Notes: generated by a model not told the origin, from the letters alone. Counted from the stretch's first letter, positions 48,159-63,787 are shown. The stretch: 64,000 nucleotides of DNA from Macrostomum lignano (GCA_002269645.1 NIVC01002802.1:62001-126000); one strand, 5' to 3'. Made by a program: numbers and translations.

Positions 48159-50812
48159 AGAGAAGAGAGGTCACGTCGTGTTTAATTTTTTATTATAGGC
48201 TAAAGGTTTCAAGCCTCTGGGCTCTTCGTCAGGCCAAAAAATCTAAATCTAAATCTAAATCAAAAAGCCAAAAGAGCAAGATGAGAAAAGAGCAAGATGA
48301 GATGAGAGGGAAGAGAAATTGAGAGGGGAGAGGAGAGAGAACACAAAAGAGAGAAAAGGTGAGAGAAAAGAAGAGAGGAGAGGCGAGAGGCAAGAGAGGA
48401 GATAAAATAGGAGAGAAGAGAACTGATCGGAGTTTCAAAGAACCCGAAGGCCTGGATAGAGAGGCTTCGCAGACCCCTGCTCGCAAGAGAATTCGCAAAG
48501 ATACACGGAAACACAAGATACACTAAAGAGATTGGAAAAGTAAATTTTGCCTAAACTTTTCTTGCTCTAGCATGTTTTACTTTTTGGTTGATGTTACATG
48601 TATGTGTGTACTTTCTATTTCCCAAAATCCCTACTGGAACGATATTGAATCAATTTCGAATCGAACCTCAGCATCGAGACGACCGCTAGAGTACAACACG
48701 GCGGTCCTGCTCGCACTATCCGACGTCAGCCGGAAGAAGTAGGTGGCCTGATCAGCGCCGACCAGCTGCATGGAGACGCTGTCACCGTCGGCGTCTGCTG
48801 CAACAATGCGCATCAGCGGCACACCTGGAATTGAATTGAGCGGATAACTGCTGAATGTACTTTTAGTATTCTTTTAATAGGAAGTTCCATTTCGTTAGAT
48901 TAATGGCGCCAATTCAATAGTTGATTAGCGCCACTTAATTTGAGAGAGAGAGAGAGAGAGAGAGAAAGGGGCGCCATTTCATTTGAGAGAGGGGCGCCAT
49001 TTCATTTGAGAGGGGCGCCACTTCATTTGAGAGAGAGGGGCGCCATTTCATTTGAGAGAGAGAGGCGCCATTTCATTTGAGAGAGAGAGGCGCCATTTCA
49101 TTTGAGAGAGAGGCGCCATTTCATTTGAGAGAGAGGCGCCATTTCATTTGAGAGAGAGGCGCCATTTCATTTGAGAGAGAGGCGCCATTTCATTTGATAG
49201 GTGGTGCGGTTTAATTTGATAGGAGGCGCCACTTCATTTGATAGGAGGCGCCATTTCATTTGAGAGAGAGGCGCCACTTCATTTGATAGGAGGTGCCATT
49301 TCATTTGAGAGAGAGGCGCCACTTCATTTGATAGGAGGCGCCATTTCATTTGATAGGAGGCGCCATTTCATTTGATAGGAGGCGCCATTTCATTTGATAG
49401 GTGGCGTGGTTTAATTTGTCAGGAGGGGCTATGTCAATTTTGATGTCTAAAAAGCCAAAGTCCGTAGTCAAAAAATCTATATCTCACCTGAAGGAATTTC
49501 TTCTTTAAAATAGATAATGTAGGACGAGCCCGAGCAGTCCTCTCCGCCAGGTAATGTCACGTAGGTGCTATTGAGATTTTCGCACCTGCTCACAGCGGGC
49601 GGTAGATTGCCGAAACCTATCCAAGGGTTAATTGGATGGACGGAGCTTAGCAGTCCCTGCATCAATTCAAATTAATAATTAACTAATTTAATCGAGATGG
49701 CCAGGGAGATTTCTATCTAACAAGATGAAAAACTTCAAAAACTCATGCAGTGGGTCATTTTATAGCTATGTATAGGTGATTAATAATTAATTAGGCTTTA
49801 GTGAATAGGATTCCTTTCTAAAAGCTTTAAATTGATTGCTAGTTTAAGTATAGGAAACTTTTCAACTCAACCTTGGGTTAATTAACCTTGCGGCTGCGCT
49901 ATATTTAGCAACAATTAGTACTGTGAATTAAATTAAATTATATGACCGTGACTTTGTTTTACTTTTGATTTGATAATCAAAGTCAGACTTAAAGAGCAAA
50001 TGATTTTAAAGTCTTACCAAGATTCAGTTCTAGAAAATTACATTTATTATTAGTTTTCTTAATTTGCTAATCAGATTTGAAATTTTTGTTATAACTTTAT
50101 GATATAAATTTTAAAAGGATAAACTAAGTGGCTGTTCGAAGGGTCACCAGGGGCGCCAGCAGCGAGGACAGGTACCCTACCAGAAAGAGGACAGGTACCC
50201 TACCAGAGAGAGGACAGGTACCCTACCAGAGAGAGGACAGGTACCCTACCAGAAAGAGGACAGGTACCCTACCAGAGAGAGGACAGGTACCCTACCAGAG
50301 AGAGGACAGGTACCCTACCAGAGAGAGGACAGGTACCCTACCAGAGAGAGGACAGGTACCCTACCAGAGAGAGGACAGGTACCCTACCAGAGAGAGGAAA
50401 AGCACCCTACAAGAGAGAGGATAAGCACCCTACCAGAAGGAGGACAGTTACCCTACCAGAGAGAGGACAGGTATCCTACCAGAGAGGGGACAGAACAGAT
50501 ACCCTACCAGAGAGAGGACAAGCACCCTACCAGAGAGAGGACAGGTAACTCTACCAGAGAAGGGAAAGACACCCTACCAGAGAGGACAGGCACCCTACCA
50601 GAGACAGGACAGGTACCCTACCAGAGACAGGACAGGCACCCTACCAGAGACAGGACAGGTACCCTACCAGAGACAGGACAGGCACCCTACCAGCGAGAGG
50701 ACATGTTAGAAGCGAGAGACAAATAAAACCAAGTCAACTTACCTGGTTGCACAAGAGACAACCAAATAATAGCTAATACCGTTCCCGGTTGCTTTAAAAT
50801 TTGTTGTATCAT
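37379..50812 (-). CDS. Cad87A: Cadherin-87A/CDH23-like long cadherin (gene span, 16-17 coding exons)
   Basis: Phase-consistent exons: 50743-50812, 49488-49616, 48667-48824, 47606-47665, 47428-47520, 46590-46670, 45364-46197, 45126-45290, 44975-45042, 44633-44897, 41567-44012, 41030-41161, 40043-40688, 39652-39956, 39213-39273, then 38719-39013 and/or 37379-37622. Signal peptide, many DxNDNxP/LDRE motifs, membrane-adjacent domain (SNITG), TM segment, cytoplasmic YRRKLKAATAVAFG and APGTNAHAYEG typical of Cad87A-type tails. Ortholog name is inferred from recalled motifs. Confidence 0.9.
38719..39013 (-). CDS. Cadherin terminal exon A (ends QTLF*)
   Basis: Phase-2 acceptor cacag| at 39013 (alternative acceptors near 38930); GC-richer coding-like sequence with GDSNPY. 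Confidence 0.6.
39213..39273 (-). CDS. Cadherin exon 15 (cytoplasmic)
   Basis: GPGGNSDSLKAPGTNAHAYEG; ttgcag| and |gtaagc. Confidence 0.8.
39377..39575. repeat. ~18-bp repeat CTGGTGCTAAAGCCC(CT) in cadherin intron
   Basis: Direct inspection. Confidence 0.8.
39652..39956 (-). CDS. Cadherin exon 14 (TM and juxtamembrane)
   Basis: IALIAVACGLTVMLFFSCVSLW then RRMYRRKLKAATAVAFG. Confidence 0.9.
40043..40688 (-). CDS. Cadherin exon 13 (last EC and membrane-adjacent domain)
   Basis: IGDVNDNPPVW...YLSNITGWRIV; donor AA|gtgagt. Confidence 0.9.
41030..41161 (-). CDS. Cadherin exon 12
   Basis: FFVNKTNGDFY..ADRESKPQY; donor A|gtaagt. Confidence 0.85.
41250..41500 (-). mobile_element. tRNA-derived SINE with CORE-like domain, copy 1
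   Basis: Minus strand: A box TAGTGGTTAGAG, B-box-like GGTTAGATTC, then GTGTCCTTGAGCAAGACACT...CAGCTGTAAAATGGG; near-TSD cagcc(c)ttaa on both sides. Confidence 0.8.
41567..44012 (-). CDS. Cadherin exon 11 (2446 bp, many EC repeats)
   Basis: ORF 41526..43898 extended to acceptor tag|GCC; repeated DxNDNxP and LDRE motifs. Confidence 0.95.
44633..44897 (-). CDS. Cadherin exon 10
   Basis: FSINSDTGEV..LDRER..TDVNDNAPVF. Confidence 0.9.
44975..45042 (-). CDS. Cadherin exon 9
   Basis: ATDLDSGAFGAISYSLDG; donor AT|gtaagt. Confidence 0.85.
45126..45290 (-). CDS. Cadherin exon 8
   Basis: IIDANDNWPIF; donor ACA|gtaagc. Confidence 0.88.
45364..46197 (-). CDS. Cadherin exon 7
   Basis: LDYE, DQQDTPP, LDRES, DQNDRTP motifs; ORF 45322..46230. 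Confidence 0.92.
46283..46530 (-). mobile_element. tRNA-derived SINE with CORE-like domain, copy 2
   Basis: High similarity to copy 1; B box GGTTCGATTC; 3' end AATAAA followed by (TTA)n. Confidence 0.8.
46590..46670 (-). CDS. Cadherin exon 6
   Basis: NTLSVAPFKVQAIDRDRDAGSIQLNFK|gttggt. Confidence 0.8.
46850..47250. repeat. 20-bp repeat GGGCG(T/C)CCCTG(T/A)CTCTTG(A/G)T
   Basis: Direct inspection. Confidence 0.88.
47428..47520 (-). CDS. Cadherin exon 5
   Basis: ISKLFNPVIITDINDNKPEF...IPE|gtaagt. Confidence 0.85.
47606..47665 (-). CDS. Cadherin exon 4
   Basis: SYNKISMELQITLNDGNLNI; ttttcag| and |gtaagg. Confidence 0.75.
47800..48479. mobile_element. hAT/Charlie-like MITE carrying a GA-rich array and an internal insertion
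   Basis: Left caaactcttttt..taaagaatccagctgcggccc; right aaagaacccgaaggcc..gcagacccctg. Confidence 0.6.
48198..48235 (-). ncRNA. Minimal hammerhead ribozyme-like motif (Penelope type, degenerate)
   Basis: Minus strand GGC CTGACGA A GAGCC-CAGA-GGCTT GAAAC CTTTA GCC followed by TATAATAAA; core, stem II and 3-bp stem I present, stem III mismatched. Confidence 0.55.
48667..48824 (-). CDS. Cadherin exon 3
   Basis: VPLMRIVAADADGD...RLDAE. Confidence 0.85.
48945..49420. repeat. (GA)n plus ~23-bp repeat GGCGCCATTTCATTTGAGAGAGA
   Basis: Direct inspection. Confidence 0.9.
49488..49616 (-). CDS. Cadherin exon 2
   Basis: GFGNLPPAVSRC...YFKEEIPS; donor G|gtgaga. Confidence 0.8.
50160..50700. repeat. 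23-bp repeat GAGGACAGGTACCCTACCAGAGA
   Basis: Direct inspection. Confidence 0.92.
50743..50812 (-). CDS. Cadherin exon 1 (signal peptide)
   Basis: MIQQILKQPGTVLAIIWLSLVQPG; donor G|gtaagt; phase matches the next exon. Confidence 0.7.
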
Positions 50813-51898
50813 TTCTGACCGTTTTCTAAGATAAAAAAAATAAATATTCTAGTGCAAAGCCACAGAGCTGTCCCACAATCTCTGCAGTGTCTTCACTCTT
50901 GGCTCTCCTATATTATTTAAATTGCGCTTCTCAAATATGGGACTGCAGTTGGGAAGAGCTTTGAGCACGGGCGGAGGCGGATAAATCCCACAGGATGGCC
51001 AAAGCCAGCTATTTCTTCCTGAGGCTGTCTCTCTCTTCTGCTGAACATCCGAGAGCCGCTGTCCTCTTTCCACTCTCTGTCTCTCTCTCTTTCAGTCAGT
51101 CCCTCTCACCCCTTCTTCTTCTATGTCAAACCTACTGACTCTTTGAAATGAACGGGGGAGTTTAGCGGGGTAGAGAGGCAGGAGAGGTGCAGAGGTGAGC
51201 GGGGTTGGGCGGGGTCCCGGATAGGGAGGCACGACGGGCGTCTAGGTCTAGGTGAGAACGAGCGTTGCCCGTCCCCACCGACGAGAGAGATTTGGGCAGG
51301 GAAATGAGTTTACAGAAACGGAGAGGGACTATTGGATTTGGTCAGGATCCAGAGCTGCTCCAGCAGTTCCTCCCTGAGCCTGTCCCGCTCCACCCCTACA
51401 CGTAGCTTTGCGCGGCGAGACATTCAATCGGATAAAAGCGGTATGGGCGGTGCCCAGTTTCTTCTTCTAGACCTAATATTATTGTTTCTGAGCTGTGTTG
51501 TTATTAATAGCAACTGAGGCCGATGCAGTCAGCAAGATTCGAGCTTTAATGCTATAAAATTAACCAGTAATATAGCCATGACTTCTATAGCAGAGGGCGC
51601 CTACAGCATGCAGAGGGGTCCGCAAACTCCGACATACAAAGCCTCTCTATCCGGCACTCGGATTCCTTGAAACTTGAAGGTTTGTGTCCCTTCTCTTTAA
51701 TCTCGTTTCTTATATCTCTCTTCTCTCTCCCCTCCTGTGGGCCGAAGTCATGCACTAATCTGGCCAGGGCCTGAAGGTCTTAAAACTTTTCCGAACCCTG
51801 GTGTTGGGGAGACAGAGACAAGAATTCTTCATTTGCATGTACAGTACATTACTAAATTCCTACGTGTATATTATTTTGAGAACCGAACGTGTTGTTAG

Positions 51899-53010
51899 GC
51901 ACTCATTTTGGCGCCGCAGGCACTCATTTTGGCGCCGCAGGCACTCATTTTGGCGCCGCAGGCACTCATTTTAGCTTTGCAGGCACTCATTTTAGCTTTG
52001 CAGGCACTCATTTTAGCTTTGCAGGCACTCATTTTGGCGCCGCAGGCACTCATTTTGGCGCCGCAGGCACTCATTTTGGCACCGCAGGCACTCATTTTAG
52101 CTTTGCAGGCACTCATTTTAGCTTTGCAGGCACTCATTTTGGCGCCGCAGGCACTCATTTTGGCGCTATAGGCACTCATTTTGGCAAAGCAGGCACTCAT
52201 TTTAGCTTTGCAGGCACTCATTTTAGCTTTGCAGGCACTCATTTTAGCTTTGCAGGCACTCATTTTAGCATTGCAGGCACTCATTTTAGCGCCGCAGGCA
52301 CTCATTTTGGCGCCAAAGGCACTCATTTTGGCGCTACAGACACTCATTTTGGCGCCGCAGACACTCATTTTGGCGCTATAGGCACTCATTTTGGCACCTC
52401 AGTCACTCGTTTTTGGCGCCATAGGCACTCATTTTGGCGCCATAGGCACTCATTTTGGCGCCGCAGGCACTCATTTTGGCGCCTCAGGTACTCATTTTGG
52501 CGCCGCAGGCACTCATTTTGGCGCCTCAGGCACTCATTTTGGCGCCGCAGGCACTCGTTTTTGGCGCCGCAGGCACTCATTTTGGCGCCAAAGGCACTCA
52601 TTTTGGCGCTACAGACACTCATTTTGGCGCCGCAGACACTCATTTTGGCGCTATAGGCACTCATTTTGGCACCTCAGTCACTCATTTTGGCGCCGCAGGC
52701 ACTCATTTTAGCTTTGCAGGCACTCGTTTTTGGCGCCATAGGCACTCATTTTGGCGCCATGGGCACTCATTTTGGCGCCGCAGGCACTCATTTTGGCGCC
52801 TCAGGTACTCATTTTGGCGCCGCAGGCACTCATTTTGGCGCCTCAGGCACTCATTTTGGCGCCGCAGGCACTCGTTTTTGGCGCCGCAGACACTCATTTT
52901 GGCACCTCAGTCACTCATTTTGGCGCCGCAGGCACTCATTTTGGCGCCTCAGGCACTCATTTTGGCGCCGCAGGCACTCGTTTTTGGCGCCGCAGGCACT
53001 CATTTTGGCG
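51899..53010. repeat. 21-bp repeat GGCACTCATTTTGGCGCCGCA
   Basis: About 52 units; source of the many GTHF/APQAL ORFs. Confidence 0.95.
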
Positions 53011-53688
53011 CCCTGAAGCAAAACTATTAATTTCCACAACGGATCGCAACGTGGGTGGTGGGACAAAGCATTGGCAGGTCCCCCTTGTCCTCCCCCCCCC
53101 GGTGGCGACGCCTCTGAACTAAGCAGTTGTTCCGACTTTACAGGTGCCCAGCTCAAATCTCAAAGCCAAATTGCGCGTGCAGCGCCGAGTGGAAATCTAA
53201 TTAGACTAAAATGTCCAGCAGCTTCTTTACTACTAATTGAGAAGCTCACACGAATGACGGGCAGCCTTTTTGAGGACGAACATAATTGGAAACTGGGCAC
53301 GGCAGGGCGCGTTGTCTATTAGGACAAATTGGCAAATTGATAAGCATTGTAGCAGTTCTTAGTCAGCTGAATTTTTTGAATAGGCTGCATTAACTTTCGT
53401 CATGACCATTTTTACATTTAGTTATTTGTAATCCCAAATGATATTCGTAGTTAACTCAATTTTGTTCTGTTTTACTTACTTACTTACTACTGACGGGGGG
53501 CGCAGGCGCCGCGAATAGGCCGCGAGGCCCCTATCGCAACCCCAAGGTAAAAGAGCACAAGGATTAGCCTTGGGGGTGCGCCCAGTCCCCGCCAGTAGTC
53601 GGCAGGTCCGCAGTGGAGGCATCGGCGACCCTCATCCGGCCGGAGTCCCGGACGAAGGCGCGGAGGTCTCGGATATTGTCCGCGGTGG

Positions 53689-58390
<4,702 letters not shown>

Positions 58391-59907
58391 ACTGATAATC
58401 TTCTGTGTTATCTCTTTTCAGCTCGTCTCCTGTCCTCTATATCTTTAGAATCTTCTCGTCTCATTTTCACTACCCATTCAAATCCCCTCTTCAATTTTCA
58501 GTACTTTAGAAATTGGGGACTGCTTGATAAAAAGAAGCAAAGAAACAAAAGCAGATACGAATTTACATTTTTAACAAATCAAATCACATCTTATCGTGAA
58601 AAAGCTACAAAATTAGCTCGTATTAATAGTAAACGAATAATAGCTCACAATAAAAAAATAAGTTTATTACATCGGTGTACACAAATTAAAACAAAAGTGC
58701 AAACATTTTAGGCACATCTGCAGCAGTTAAAAGAGAAACTGTAAAATGTTTGTTTTTTCGAACAAAAATATTCTAAAGCTCTGATCCTAAACAGCTTTAT
58801 GCTACGCTTTTTCGTGAAAATACAAGTTAAAGAATTTTTACTTTTGAAACAACAAAAAGGCCCGACAAAATTGACACCGTAAAAAATTGGACACATTAAA
58901 ACAAATTTTTAAAAAAGTTACAGAAACACAAAAGCAACACATTGAAAGCAACGAAAAATCAAGAAGAAGCCAAAATCAACAAAACAACACAAAAATTTAG
59001 GAGAACAACTCAATGATGCAGAAAATTTGCAACAGCTAAAAATTTCCAGCTGCGCGCAGTGGAGCAATTGTTTCAATAGCTTTTTAAAAGCGGAAAATAG
59101 TTAGCAGAATTATTCGTTACACTGAGCAATATTTTTGTTTTTAGTCGAGAACAAAGGGGCTGAGCAAAAGCAGCAGATGAGTTCAAATGAAGTAATAATC
59201 ATGAAAAGATGGAAATAAGCAAGCATTTACAACTTGTACTTATAACTTGTGAAGCCTATGAAATAGACAGTCGAAACTTTGAAATTTTACTAAAAGAAAA
59301 CTAAAAACTAAAACAAAAGTATTGATGCAATGGCGGTAGAGAAGAAATGAAAATGCTATGCTGTGGTATACCGATATGTTGTGAAGTTAGCAAAAATTGT
59401 GATTTAAAAATTAGAAAGCAAATAACAAATATTTTTAATGTGAATTCAAATTTGCTGCATATAGAAAACAATTTTGTACGTTTTAAGCTACTGACATGCA
59501 GCTAGCAAGTAGCATTTATCACATTTTTCGCTATTTTTTATTGTTGAGAAGAAATAATAATAAATAGTGGATTATATTTTCCGACAGATTTTGGAGTGAC
59601 ATCAAACGGGCAAGACAAGCGCAGTGCGGCATGATGCTTAGGCAATTAGGCAGAGAAAATGACAATATCGGTGCAAAAACAATCTGCAAGAAAATATTAC
59701 GTATAGAGAAATGAACAAAAGAATTTTCAAAGGCACTTCGAATATCATTGCGTAAGCAGTTTCTATTTGAGAGCTTTAGCCATTTGGCATGAAGATAAAA
59801 ATTTTAACAAAATTCCAAGCAAAGCACAAATAATAGTGGTTTCTGATTTCACCAAACAAATAAAGTAGGACTCTTTCTAAGACTGAGAGTAACTTAGGGT
59901 CTGACTC

Positions 59908-60140
59908 TCAGGATTGAGCAGTTTGGGATCGAACTCCCAGATTCCATGGGATCAGGATTGAGCAGTTTGGGATCGAACTCCCAGATTCCATGGGATCAGG
60001 ATTGAGCAGTTTGGGATCGAACTCCCAGATTCTATGGGATCAGGATTGAGCAGTTTGGGATTGAACTCCCAGATTCTATGGGATCAGGATTGAGCAGTTT
60101 GGGATCTAACTCCCAGACTATGGGATCAGAATTGAGTAAT
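59908..60140. repeat. 44-bp repeat, ~5 copies, with hairpin GGGA-TCGAAC-TCCC
   Basis: Units start at 59911, 59955, 59999, 60043 and 60087. Confidence 0.9.
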
Positions 60141-60169
60141 CTCGAGTAAATTCTCCAGTCGGTCGTTCG

Positions 60170-60856
60170 TCACAGCCGCTTTTTGGCGCTGGTGGCCGCC
60201 AGCGAGGATGCATCGAAGGAGGCTGAGCCGGCGCTGCCGCTGCGGTGCGCGGAGTACACCACCCCGCTGCTGAACATTCGGGCCATTTCCGTGAGCCGCT
60301 GGCTCGGGGAGCGAACCCGGGCCGACACGGGCGGCAACGGTGCGGGATGCTGGTTGGTGTCCTCCGATTCTGGAATTTCCGTTGAAGCTTCAGCAGCCGC
60401 AGCCGCAGCCGCGGCAACTGTGGATCTGGTGGTTCTCAGCTGCTGCTGCTGGTGATGATGATGCGTTCCCATGGAAACGGTGCGACGCAGGCCGCTCTGC
60501 GAGTGCCAATTAGGGCTCGGGATCTGTCTGGTGAGCAGTTCAGCCAGAGGGCTCTGTCTGGGCAGCCTGCGCAATCCACCATCGTCTGGTGGGACAGATG
60601 CTGTCGCAGCTCCGGTCGGGTGGTCCCTTCGCGTTGCAGTTGTGGCTGATGGCCGCCGAATCTGGGGTAGAGCCCGCGACCTCAGGGCCGGAGGCGGAGC
60701 GGCTGGTCCGCCATTTGGCACAAGGGTTGTCGGCTGCTGCTGCTGCTGCTGCTGCTGAGGATGCTTACTAGTGGGGTCGGCTGGGTGTTGCCAGTTTGAC
60801 TGATGGCGACCAGTTGCACCGTTGGAGCGCCTGTCTGAGGATCGAGCTGGGTCCAT
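60170..60856 (-). CDS. Hypothetical low-complexity protein (228 aa, polyQ/polyA/polyH)
   Basis: ATG-to-TGA ORF in a GC-rich island within AT-rich DNA; homopolymer runs typical of real disordered proteins; no recognisable domain. Confidence 0.5.
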   Translation of the reverse strand: MDPARSSDRRSNGATGRHQSNWQHPADPTSKHPQQQQQQQQPTTLVPNGGPAAPPPALRSRALPQIRRPSATTATRRDHPTGAATASVPPDDGGLRRLPRQSPLAELLTRQIPSPNWHSQSGLRRTVSMGTHHHHQQQQLRTTRSTVAAAAAAAAEASTEIPESEDTNQHPAPLPPVSARVRSPSQRLTEMARMFSSGVVYSAHRSGSAGSASFDASSLAATSAKKRL

Positions 60857-63787
60857 AATATGTGGAATTTGTACGTCTCTACTGCACCGGACAGCAGAGG
60901 CGGACGGTTAATTGTGTGGCATTGTTTCTCAGTAAAAGTCGGAATAGCAATAGTACAAGCTTTGAATAGAAATTATTTGATTTATGAGCTAGCTTGATGT
61001 AGGTAAAATATTTATATAATCAGTGCAAATGGCTTTGTATTTTGACAATTGGGTAAATTTTTATTTAAATTTTTATGACTATGATTAAATAGTTTAAGCC
61101 AATAAATAAGTATAACAAAGTGGAGCTTTTATAATTAAGGGATAAAATATGATACATGGTTAATCCTAAACTTCTAAGAAAATGAAAAAAATATGAACCT
61201 CTATTTTTCATATACTAATTTACTTAACCAACTTGTATCAAATAAATTGTTTTCCTAATTTTACTGATTTTTACTGTGTACTTATTGGTTATTATCCCTT
61301 TTACTAGTCTATTATTTAAGGTATATTTGAAAGCATATTATATTTATGTTCAGTAATGTTCAGTAATTATTGAAAATCCAAAATTACTTCTAACAGCAAC
61401 CATTTTAGAATAGAGAACTTTTTGTAAATCATTAATTCATAGTGATTAGAAGATAGATCATAAATGAAATAAAAACTTTTTTTTATTTTTTGAGATTTCG
61501 GGTTTATAGTTTTGTAGACTAATATTATTTTAAATCCGCACCAAACATATACAACAGTCTAAAAATAAATTCATCTATTCTGACATCCAGAATTTCTTTA
61601 TTTTCTAGTCACAGCAACATATGTTCAGAAGTCATAATGGTAATCGACTGTGAAAATGGTAATTGTACCAAAAGTAATTAAAATGTACAAGTTCTTGTAC
61701 CTGTACCTGGGGGCGGGTTTTACGTTGAAAATAGGACCTAACTTCGCGAGTTAAAATGTCAATGTAACCAGCAAAGCGGTAAAACAAATAAAGTATTATC
61801 CTATAAAACTTTAAATAGATAGCATACTTTGACGTATGAAAATAAAATTAAAAAGTAACAATCTACATTTACTAACTATTTAAAGCGAAGTTGGCATCCA
61901 TTGTTGCTAGTACGAAATGCAGTTCCTAAGAACAGCAATTTCTCTTTGAATAATTTATATCAATACTTTATAGAATTCCATTGTATTTCTAAAAAAAGCA
62001 TAAATGAAACTTTTTCTATATCTGCTATCCGCAAGTCACTAAATCTGACACTGAGGGCAATGAGGGCTTGAGAATTCGTGTACGCTGGTAAAAAATGTAC
62101 TTTTATAAAAACAAAGTACGCAGGCAATAAGGACTTCATCAAGTAAAAGGATGGGATACTACATTTCATCTTAAATTTAAGTAGGCAGGTTTTACCAAAA
62201 AATACATTACAGAGAATGGAAGTTTTCACGATATAGAAGGCAGACCGGCCAAATTATCTCTTGATTCTGTAACTTGTACATGTATACTTGTAAATTGTAT
62301 ATGTCCGGCCGTCTTCCCTTAGCTCTTTCTGTGTACGCCTCGCAGATGTCTATCATGCGCATTCGCCCCGTGATATTCTCGATCAATCAACTGTGAAGCT
62401 ACTTACTTCAGAGTGCAGCTATAATTTACCCGCATCACCCATGGAATCGATCGTATAAGCTGGGACGTTTACAATTGGATACGGTTCACGCGATAGAAAT
62501 TTATCGAGATGCATATGCATGCAAGCTCCATTGAGCTTACATAACAATATCTTCGCATTTTCTAACAATGGGAGTCAATTTTTTCAAGCTTGGGTTCCCT
62601 AGCTGGAATTAGGCAGAAAGAAAATAGCGGATATTCTAACAAGGCTTCTTTTGGTAGTTGTTGATCGATACTTTTCACGCCTGTGAGTCTTCAATGGAAG
62701 GTAGCTGATGCAGATAACAGTCTAGCTGTGTCACCATGGCAAATATTTGATGTTTGATCGGTATCTCAGTCATCACCATCAAGCTACAGTATATAGTTTA
62801 TAAAAGTATAAAAACATTGAGGGTACTTGGCAGAACAAGTAGGAAGAGTTTGAATTAATCGAAATTGATATACCGTCAGTGTGACTTGATTGAGGAAACT
62901 CAGATAAAAATGCTGCTAACTCGTCCAATTCTGGGAGTTTTTCTCATTTTTTCACTTGGCAGGAATGCTGATGGTAAGTGTTGCATCGTCATCTGTTATT
63001 TTCATGCGTGAGAGTCCATAAAGTTCAATGAAAATTTGTCTTCATACAGCAACTTTGATAGATGTTCAGCCGAGTAATAAACGTCGTTATATGCGTCGGT
63101 GTCAGTCATGTCGTTTATCAGCGACGTCCATCGACTTCGATCGTACATCGCATATATACAGTGTATGTGCGTAGACAGACATAGGAGTGTTGTCAATAAG
63201 GTTCCCGTTTTCAGTTTAGTGCATTTAAACAAAATCTGACGGAATTTTTTGCTAACGAAAAGATTCATGCATGTACTTGTAGGTAGTCACTGAAATGGCA
63301 CGCGAAGGCGTATTCAGCATGCCAGTGAAGTATGAGACAGACTAGGCCTACGAGCTAAGGTCTGCGATGCTTCACGCCTGCCCCCATCTTCAGCAGGTCA
63401 AGGCTGGTGGGAGGTCTGCACCCTCTATTTGCCTCTGGCAGCCGCAGACTCCCCCACGCTGTCTCGCAAGTCGACCCAGGGGTACTCGTCCCCGCGTGTG
63501 TTCAAGGCAGACCCTAGGGCTGCTGGACAGACTGGGCTCCGGCGCTGGCGACCCTATCCAGTGGCTTCGGCCGAATTTGGGTATGCGGGTCTGGCTCACC
63601 AGCCTGCAGGCCGTGGTACTGCTTAACGTACCCTCTAATGCCTAAGGTGTTTGACCGTGCCGATGGGCTGGAAGGCCGGGGAGTAGTCCGGTCGCTAGCG
63701 GTCCTTTTTTCAAACCGGCTGGCTTGAGGTGTCGGCCAGTCGGGTACTCAACTCGCATAACGAGTAGCCCTCCCCCGCTTTTCAGCT

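Noticed and set aside
51889-53122. Antifreeze/elastin-like GTHF, APQAL and MSAC repeat proteins
   Set aside because: A 21-bp unit is divisible by 3, so all frames give periodic ORFs; no non-repeat coding flanks.
63002-63268. 88-aa minus-strand ORF
   Set aside because: Short, non-ATG start, no recognisable motif or convincing splice context.
63520-63592. HDV-like ribozyme fold (GCTGGAC/ATCCAGT P1, GG, UUCG hairpin, CGAA)
   Set aside because: P3/L3 would need a 15-nt loop lacking the YCCNCG consensus; not supportable by eye.
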